From Phoronis australis (taxonomy: Eukaryota; Animalia; Phoronida), in NCBI GenBank assembly GCA_002633005.1, contig NMRA01000196.1:207632-271631 (forward strand): DNA of 64,000 bases, read 5' to 3'. The position numbers were made by a program, and so were the translations under genes. The notes below the pieces were generated by a model. The model worked only from the letters and a program-made list of their open reading frames with translations, made no database searches and had not been told where the DNA came from. The first letter of the stretch is position 1. The number at the start of each line of letters is the position of its first letter. Below are positions 1 to 10,200 of this stretch, one piece after another.

Positions 1-730
1 ATACACTGCAGGATATCAGCATCTTCAGTTGTATTATGTCATCGTCATTATTAGTGCAATGCAACTGTTCGCGAGTGGTTTCTGAGCAATCGAGAGAATT
101 ATTCCGCGACAATACATATGGTCGTTGGAGGATGAAAATAAGAATCAGAGCTAAGTCCATGAATTTGTTCACGAGATACAGTAGGGTTCATGTATCACAC
201 GTATTAATTAGGGCAAAGCTCCGGTATTGTGACGTGCAACTTGAATCATACAAACATTTCGTCAAGTGTAATTCAAATTTAAACAAGAAAAAAACTAAAA
301 GACAGGAATAAAAACGATGACAAAAAATCACATTTGTAGACAAATTGTAAAATCATCAATGTAGCTCACTATTGTACTGTTCGATGGGAATACACTCTAA
401 GGAAAGGGTTTATGAGAATCGCATCCTGTTTTTAGCCAAAGCGGCAACAAAATCCTGCAGAACATAGAATTTATTTCACTCGCTTCTTTAGACTGCTTGT
501 GCAAAGATCACGTTTAATTTGTTAACGATGTAGAATTAGTTTCAGAAATGTATTGTTTTACTTGGACCTCCCCTTTCGTAAAAAGCTGGATCTGCTTATG
601 AACGTGCATATTCTCGTTTCCAACTGCGTGGTTGTAAGTGTGACGTTCAAGCAAAGCAACACGTACTGTATGCTGTGACATGTGCACTTGTAGAACGATT
701 TGCCAAGATGAGTTAAGCTGTCAAAATCAG

Positions 731-1128
731 GGCCCGGGTTCTAAGCTTTTACTCGAAATGGAACTCTAAATTATGTTTGGCATTTTCTACTCTATTTTCG
801 TGCGAACTCAAGATAACTGTCTATTATTATATGCTCGAGTACATGATGGCTTACGTGGATATTTTTTAGTCCTAGTTTGCAGTTGATAAACCCATCAATA
901 GGGCTAAAAGTTGGAGATTGAACTCGAAATTTCCAGGTTTTACTCGAGTTTGTAGTACGGATAAGGGTCATCAAACTAGGACCTGAAACTCATATGACTA
1001 AACTATAAGGTATTCGAGCACAGTCTAATAACCACTTACACGTATCTTGAGTTCGCACAAAAGTAGCAGAGAAATAACCAAAGAAAATTTATAGTTCGTT
1101 TGGAAGAAAAGATTTTAGATTCCAGGCT
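731..1128. mobile_element. PIF/Harbinger-type MITE (degenerate foldback)
   Basis: About 85-bp degenerate TIRs (GGCCCGGGTTCTAAG...GTGCGAACTCAAGATA and TATCTTGAGTTCGCAC...TTAGATTCCAGGCT), flanked by CAG on both sides (3-bp TSD). Confidence 0.65.
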
Positions 1129-1180
1129 CAGATCAAAGAATTGGTGGCAAACAAATACGACGTCAAGTTACATTGTATGT

Positions 1181-1186
1181 TTTATT
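1181..1186 (-). terminator. Candidate polyadenylation signal (AATAAA) of the YeeE-family gene
   Basis: TTTATT on the + strand, about 45 nt downstream of the TAG stop. Confidence 0.45.
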
Positions 1187-1231
1187 TTTTCCTATAAAAA
1201 CGTTATCACGATCGAAAGTGTTCTACATCGC

Positions 1232-4200
1232 CTATGACAAAACCGCATATCCAGCGTAGTACATGTCCAGGGCGTCGCCAATGTCCAGCAGAAATGCAGC
1301 AACAAAACCGCCAATATACATCGAAGGGACGGCAATGAACGACAACCAAGCCAACACTGCCATACCGGATAGGAAATTACCACTGTAAAGATACAAAAAT
1401 GCCTAAAACCAGTAGGTGTACCGAGGTACTCAGTTTCTTTGGGCGTAGCCTTTCCTTTTTCTTGTGTATTGAATGTGTTTCAAATTCTTTTAAGATTACT
1501 ATGCAATATTTTTCATTTCTTAAAATGAAGAACGCTCCTAATCCCCCCAGTTATACACAGAACCCAAGACCCGGGGCCAAAAAAGAATCACTTTCCAAGA
1601 TATCCATGTATATGTACATGCATTTCGGGGCAACAAGGTAAAAGTTGAGAGTTTTCTTGAGTTTTACTCGCGCTACTAAACACAGCATGCCCGTTGATTC
1701 TGATCCGGAAGTGATGCCAAATGGCTTGAAGTACAATCTGAATTTTGTCCAAAACAACTACATTTACCTCAACGTGTTGTTGTATGTAACACAGGAGAGG
1801 GTCACGCGAGCTTTGCTAGATCATTTTTTGTAAAAGAGCCATCCACACACTTATTCATTTTATAAATTCATTATTTATTCAATTTTTGACTAAATGTTTG
1901 TAAAGAGTCCTGTTGCGTGACACGTAGGAGGTGTAAACAGGCTGAAATAGAATGAAATCGTTGATAAACTTTAATGCAGGGCACACCTTACAGCCTCAAC
2001 GATAGCGGTGTTGGTTATGGTCTTCATAGATATACCTTATTATGGACTAATGAGTTCATCAATGACAATAAACAGGAAGATAAAAGCAGGCGAGCTAAGC
2101 GAGAAAACGTATGCTCTTGGTCAGCGGCCATGGGTAAACTTTAGAAAAAAACGGTTGCGGTCTACAGAATATGACCAACGCGTGAAACCAAAATGGGTGG
2201 AAAGAGGAAGTGCGACAATGAAAAAGATCTAACCAGGAGATCTTATAGAGAATATGGTGTTAACAGTGTAGTACCTTTCGTTCTCCTTTCGTATTCTCTT
2301 CTATTATCACACTTTGTTTTACGCACTTTGACTACATAGTACACACTCTAATCAGTCGGCTGTTTTACTCTTCCTGACTGGTTTCAAGTTGCGCAGTACA
2401 CTTTTCAAATTGTATACTCTCAAGACACTAGTCGGCTGTTACCAGTTACATACTGGCGTAGGCTCCAATTGGTCATTTTTAACAAAACAAATAACGTAGA
2501 AAATATATCTGAAACTAAATAAGGCGATCCAGATCCTCCCAAGGATACTATTGTTTCGTGAAATGAAGAATATAAATCGGTAAATAAAACAACAAAAATG
2601 GATCAACTGAAATTTGAAATTTTCGGAGGTAACAACTTCCTTTATCAACAAAAACAGAAATAAAGTAAAATCAAACACAAAATGTCATTTTCAAATTTCA
2701 GTTGATCCATTTTTGTTGTTTTATTTACCGATTTATATTTAACAAAACAACCACTTGTATGTACATAATTTACGTTGAGCTCTTTTCTTGTCGCTGCAAT
2801 ATTCTAATTAATACTTCGAAGACATGAAATTTAAAACCTGTGGAATTCGTATGACTGTCATTGCAGTCGTCGTTAGGCCCCTGTCATATCAGAGTTATTC
2901 TCCCAACGTGCAAGTCTACAAATTACACCCATTCTGAGGTTGAAGCAGGTGTTTCTAAAGTTTAGTTTGGTCCTTATGTGGCATTGAATCATTGTGTCAT
3001 AACTCCTGGGAGCGTCATGAAAACTACCTACGGTGTACATGTACATGAAAGTGTGAAAGGGCATGGCATTTTTACGTACGTTATGCAGCCAGCGCTCACC
3101 CTAGCTCCGGTTAGCATGAGAACTCCTCCCGACAAGGCTGCCGCTGGGTGGACACCTTCAGTGGTTGTAAACGAACCCGACAGTAACGACGATGTCAGCG
3201 CTCCAAGTAAAATGCCAAGGATATAAAACATCTGAAAGCCGAGGAAGTGCTACAAGTATACACTGACCGGTTTGTGAATATTTCTTTTAAATAAAACAAC
3301 GATTTCAGACAATTTTAAAGCAATCAATTTCGTTTTCCGATAGCGAAGGAGCGTATCTTTGAGGATATACGTATGTAGACCCCTTGGAAAATGTCCAAAT
3401 TTGGAACGCCGTATCTCAGAAATAACTGATCGGATTCACTAAACTTCAATGCATAGTTCTCCAAAAAAGCTGCTGGGAATTGCTTCTCAAATGTACAACT
3501 TCTGTATGACGCGCTGTCAAACAAAATCCACCTTACGCCTACCTTTGAAATGCGTTCTTGGCTGCATTGCAAAGGGGCGATGACCTTAATCTTAACTACA
3601 AGAGCAACGCGGAGCGTTGAACTGCGCCCACAAATGCACCCCAAACGGTGTGCTTCTAGTTTTGTTTATTTGTTTCATAAAAATGGTCACTAGAAGGCGC
3701 AAGAACGTCCAGTCGATCTGAAAACTGGACATGCCATCTCTTCTTTAATAAAAACCTATTTAACGCAGTTTCTAAAAATCTGTCAAGGAACTTCAAAGAA
3801 ACGAAGGGAAACGGAAAAACGAAATTACTACTATGGGGCACAGCGTTCGTTAGCTCCACCTGAAAGGGGTCGTCTTCCTTGTTAGCGTCATAGAAATAAA
3901 ATTACTAAATTCAATAACGATCCTGCATTCGGTTTAGGAGACTAAGCTATGGGCCCAAGACAAAAAAACTACCACTACGAGGTACCACAGTAGTCGAATT
4001 CGCTATCGTCAACCGTCCTCTTCACACTGAGAACATATATATGTATGCCAATTTTCAGTCGTCCTTAGAATGGTTTGCTTGATAGAGGGACGGACGCCAA
4101 AAACAGACTCGAAAACAACAAAAAGGCACTAGGTGGCGCAAAGTACCTCGGTTTCATCCGAAAACAAGAGGAAGATAGCATCATCTCACCAATAGATGCC

Positions 4201-7200
4201 TAAATTCCATTTTTTCTGAAAATCCGATGAAGACCTTTGAAGATACCGAGGCAAACCTAAAAAACTACTAGTAAAACCTATTTGTCAATTTTTAAGAAAA
4301 TCCGCCAAGGATGAGCACTGTAACGTCAACATAAAACCATGAAAATTTTGAGATATCCAGTTGAGAAAACAGATCAAGTTTGAGTCTTATACTGGGATAA
4401 AAACTTTCAAAAATTAGTGACGTTGCGTACGCATCTCACGGACTTCTGCTTGGCTTGTGACGTTATCGTTATTCTAGCTAATTGGTGGCGTTTTGACCAG
4501 ACAGCTCGCCATTGACGTCAGAACACCATCCCATACGTGTCACGGTGACAAATCGAATCTTAAACCGCCTCTTTTTTAAAAGAAGGACTCTCAATGCGCT
4601 CACGGAGAGATTCCTTTACACCCCTTCTGAACCAGTCTTCCTCAAAGTCTAGGATAGTGACATCATATGTATTGAAATCATGTCCAGTGGCGCACAGGTG
4701 GCTAAAAATAGCCGAATCATAAGTGTCCCCGCAACTAGGACGACGATGTTGTAACAACTGTACGGATTTTTATGGACTATTTCGTTTCACCAACGTAACT
4801 GTCTGAGCTTTGGAGATCTTCACACTGGACTCCATAAACAACACATGATTTATTACGCTTGGGGGTCTTGTCTTTGACTTAACCTGTTGGCTGCAGAGAG
4901 AATTAAACGGTTTGTGGATAATAGTTAAGGAAAGCATGGCAAAAAAACGTTACCGTCATATTTGCTTGTAACATTAGCGAACCACTGGTTGTACATGTAC
5001 CATAGATTAAAGGTATATTAATACGTGTATATGGTTGCAATAAACATGCAATAAAGATTTGCTACATGTATAATGCGTCTTCGGTAAATTTCATAAACTA
5101 CAATTTCTTGCTATTTTGTTCCCGAAAAGACGACCACGACCTACATATGACGAGCACACGCCGGTTGATTTGCGTGTTGTAATTACACGTTCATTCGTTT
5201 TATGCCAACACTTGGTAATCACTGCACAGAAGCTTTTCTGTTGAAACTGAACCAAATAATTTTATATTTTTGCTCGTAGTTCTAAATCCCGGTACGTAAA
5301 GAGCACTGATAGACATTTTCTTGTTTTTTAGAATGAGACGGAATGATATTTTGCGTGATGACAGAAATACGCAGAAGCGCTGGGCAGGGACTGATGAAAT
5401 GCCAACAAACAAAATCAAGAGTCATTGCCAACACAAACGGGTCAACTCGAACCGAAAGCGACAACACTAAGGACCAGAAAATGAAAAACAATAAAGACAA
5501 ATACTTTAGGAGAAAGTGTTCTAAGCGTTCCCAATGTTTTTGGTAATAGGAGCCTGATCGGAAATTCCCTGGTAAAAGGCCAAAAGCTTATCAATGGTGT
5601 GTTTTTATACCTTGCCTACAGCTCAGTGATTGAGTTTATATATGGCATTTTTAAAACACTGTCTTACCTGCCACCAGTTTTTGAAGCCCCACCTCATCTG
5701 TGCTAGCCGGGGGAACATACTTTGCAATTTCGTGGTAACAAGCCATTGCGAAACTATCGTGACATAAGACCTCGTGATTTCGAGAGTGTCCATTGTTGTG
5801 AAAGTCGTGAGCAGATGTAGCGCCCCCATAGTGCATCCTGCGGCGTAAACCGGCCATACTTTCATGTGCAGTACGGTAGGGCTTGTTTTTGATAGTGTTG
5901 AATTAAATACCTGTGTAAACATTAGTGTTTGTATGGCAAGGTCATTGAACAGGTTACCATGTAACAGTAGCGGAGATTTTTTTTTAAATTTGCCGTACTT
6001 CTGTTAGAAAGAAAGCAACAAAAATCCTAGTTCAAAAACACAAACTAGCACTTCAGCATTTATAGGATCTCGTACCGATACTAAGTCATTTGTTTCTGTC
6101 AGATGAGATTCTTCTGTGTCTAACATTACAAAGAGTACAGTGTAGCCTTAAATTTCTCCAAAAAAGGAAATTTTCTTTTAGGCAGGGTTGGGTGTTGGGA
6201 CATTGCTCTGAGTATTTGCATTTAAAGAGGCATGGAACGCGATAAACTGACTAAATTGCGAATATTAAAAGTGGTTTTCTGCATAGGTCAACTGCTCGCC
6301 ACAAGGAAAAGCGGTATGGCAAGAAATAGACGTAGTCCATTTCCTTTATGGGAAATATGACCTTTGACCTCAAGCGACTTGATAAGCAATGCCAGAGAGT
6401 GTTTGCGCAAATTTATCGTACTTGGGAGGAAGATCAGAAACTCTGTGGTAATCACAGAGTTTTTTCTTCCCACGTATTTTAAAAATCGTGAATTTTGTGG
6501 CTTTTTCTGGAAATTTTCTCATTGCGAGATGGTATTTTCGTCAGGAATTGTTTAAAAGATATTTTTGACGAGCTTTCGCATGGTATGCCTCTTTAGGGTA
6601 GGTTGTCAATTATGATGTACAAACGTGATTCACTCACCACCTGAGAGTCCTGTCGGTCATATGTTTGCGGGTAGAACACCTCCATTGTGTAGACTGTTAA
6701 TGACAGACATATGGCCATCGGACAAGCGAACAGTGCATACTGTAAGTTGAACTTCTGAAAAATTCTGCAATATAAACGTGTGGAAGGTGTGGCAAATGTA
6801 TTTGTAAGGGCGACACGTCTTCCTGAAAATTTGGCTCGTTATCTCGTACCATTTTTACAATAAGTAACATGTACATGTATATTCATTTATGTCGGCGGTA
6901 GTTTTACAAAGACTACCGTATTGCAAGCTTAGCTGAACATTTGTGATAGAAAAAAGCGGTTAATAACGATATTGTACTAACGTTTGGAAAACGAGACCAC
7001 CCTCTGATTTGTCTAGACTTCCAAATTTGTCTAGCAACAGCGTGTAGACGAGCGCTGCAAAAAGAGCTCCGACGATGGCGAAACCTGAAAGGAAATTTAA
7101 TGGAAGTGGCGTGATCAGGGTCAGACTTACGTGCCACATTTGGAGTTTGTCTCAATACTCCGAACATTACGTAGATCAAATAGGTAAAAGAAATATTTAA

Positions 7201-10200
7201 AGGACATTCTTGTCATGCGTACGATTGCCTATCATGTAAATTATGTAGCAATTTACTCAACCATGCGATATGTACGTGTACATGTTTCAATCCTTCGGTA
7301 CCATGGCACAAAATAAAGTCCTTCTCCAAAAGAAATCATTCAGGGCATCTAGAGGAAAAGATATTGTCAAACTAGAGCGATATTGATCGGCTAATCCAAC
7401 TAAAGAATAGTACATGGACAATGGGCCGCCAACAGTGTGTAATTTCATTGCATGATTTCAAATCTGTGATCATGTGAACACCCCACTCTGACCACTGACC
7501 ACAGCGTCTAAATGCGTTTTACTATCTTTACTTCCAAGAAGAACGCTGTATGGGCAAAATCTCGTTCGAACAAAGAGCGTGGCATGGGCGCACCCGGGGG
7601 GGGGGAGGAGGGCTCGGGAAAATCGGGCAAAAAGGTCCGCATCAGCGAAACAAGAAGTCCTAGTAAACGAGACAGAAGTCCACCAAGTCCACAGGAATCG
7701 TGCGCGGATGCACAATTAGTTGGCCTGATCCTGGTGGCCCGTTTTTTGGTCCTCGTTGATTTTTTTCAATAAAAGGTCCGTATACCGAAAAATTCGAGCC
7801 TCCTTATACTTTGGGCTGGGTTCGCGCATGCGTGGTGCTAAAAGGTTGCACTGCATGAAATAACAAGTCACTAGGTGCTTTACCGCTAGGTGAATGTCTA
7901 TATTGGGTGAATGCTGTGGCGTAATGGCGGGGATGTTATTTGACCAGTTTTTATTCGGATTTACCGATGAAAACAAAACGGCAATACTCAGTCTTTACTC
8001 TTTCTCAATGATGCTAAATTGCAGCCAGCACAGCAGCTTGCCATGTGATAAAAATCATAGCTCATATGATGTTTATTGCCAATACGGTGCTCATTTTGCT
8101 TGTACAAAAATCGCAGTGATATGGCATTTAGTCAACCAAAACGATCGATTTTACTCACCTGTTATTTGCTTAAAATAATCGATAAGCACTTCTTCTTCTG
8201 CCCTTGATTATATGTTCAAACGAATGAATTTCCGCACTATGGCCCAAACGACGCTTAAATTAGTTTTGAGAAAATCGTGCTACGAACTGCGCCGTGGAAT
8301 AAAATTTGCGACTTACCACGTAAATTTGGGTTTATAATCTGTGAAGAATCAGTAGCAGGATAATCACAAGGAGCTTTCTCGGTGCTCTCTAAAACTTCAT
8401 ATTCTCAAAGACCCTTAGTGTATGTATAGTTAATCATCTAATTCACAAGTCACGTCTTTAATTTATACCAGCAGCGTCATCAGATAGCTGTAAAGCCTTT
8501 GGTCGACTGGGTCCAGTACCTTTTGCGGCGTCTGCCCACCGACTTGAAGCAAAGTTAATGAAAAGTTTTGATTACAACTACTCCGAGTTGATAACCACGA
8601 ACACACAAATGGAAAGTGCAGACCTAATATAGGATGCAAGGGCGCGAAAGCATGCGTCTTCGGGAAAGCAGTACAGACTCAAAGTAGAGGAAACGAGAGC
8701 TTGGGAATAGGAAACAAGTGGTTCAGTTAAGCACGCGGCTGAGAAAGTATTACTTATGTTGAGTATATAAATACGCCATTCTACTTCAAGCAACCGATTG
8801 ATGAACATGCCACCACTGATTCCACGTCATTGATTTTAAATTTGGCTTATTCTTAAATGGAATCCTGAATCTCTTCGGACGGTAGGAACCGATTACTGAC
8901 GTGGCAAAAGGAACTTTAAGTCAAATTTCTGAGATTTATTTCTTGTTTTTAATCATTCCGTCGTAAAATAGGTGATTTCATGATTTCGTCCACCTGAACC
9001 GTTCAGTTTTTGGCTTTTGCTGATTAACTCGTCTCTTGTTAAATTCCGATAGAACGTTCAAGTTGCCAAGAATGTCTCATTGGACAAATGCATTGATGAT
9101 TTTTATCCTTTTTCTCATTTTTTTAAATTAAAAACAAAAACAAGAACTATACTTACTTTAGAGTAGTTTGATATTGATCGAATGCTTACTTGAATTGGTC
9201 ACGCCCGTTGCCACTTGGATCAATGCGAGGCTGGGACACTAAATAAGTCAAACACAGAAGATTTTTAGTTGGTGTGTATGTTTTGAAATCCAGTGCTGCA
9301 TTTAAATAACTAGGCGTGAACAATTGTCCTATTAGAAGCTGAAAATATAGAAAATTCTGTTAGCCAGTATGCCAGGCATGGCAAAAAACAAGTGAAGGCA
9401 AAACATAGGTTTACAAATGGAAAATTAAACTGTAAACTTTTGTGATTGTTCACCGTTTCACAATAATTCACAGATGACGACGTGGCTCGCGGAGGTGACT
9501 AACAAATGTCAGTTAAAAATTTAAGTTGCAGTATCCCAAAGAGTGCCACGCGACCGACCAAATATCGTTTGGCGGTCACGGTCACATGTCAAATTTGTAG
9601 TTTCTCTTCTGTCTGAGCGCTATCTACTCGTGGTAGTAAACATTTTCGATGTAGTAATGATTTGCATCATAGCGAAAAGTCGCGTTCAGTGCTCTTTTGA
9701 CAACTGCTATTTTGCTTCATGCAATAGCGTCACTATAGATACGAATGACGAAGAAATCTTAACCTTACGTAAAATTTAAAGTAATGTGCAGTAGATGTAG
9801 CTATTCAATGGTAGATTAGGTGAAATATTACCGATCCAGAGATAACCATGCCAACCCCAAGAATGAACGGTCCAAGAAAACTTTGGAACGCTCCCTTTCC
9901 AGTGAAATTCGAGGCAAAGTTGTCGACAAGGGCAAAAAAGGATGACTTGGCCGCCGGGATGAGTGACGCCACGCACAGGATAACCTGAGCTAAGAAAACA
10001 AAGAAACTGAAAAGTGTGGTTTCGAAAGTTGTTGTTAGTTGCAGTTGTTACTTTTTAAAAATAGTCAATTTTTAATTAATTTGTAACATTGACAATAGTT
10101 TCAAACCCATTGGTGACTAGATCGATTATACCAAGCCAAGAACACTCTCCAACTGCCTTATGTTTAGTTTTCACGCAATAGTTGTCGGTAAATTAATGTA

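Noticed and set aside
8316-8388. Extra minus-strand exon of the YeeE gene (GTAAGT donor)
   Set aside because: The flanking exons 9238-9190 and 7084-6982 already join in frame into a continuous YeeE-like sequence; the acceptor is weak and the peptide unrelated.
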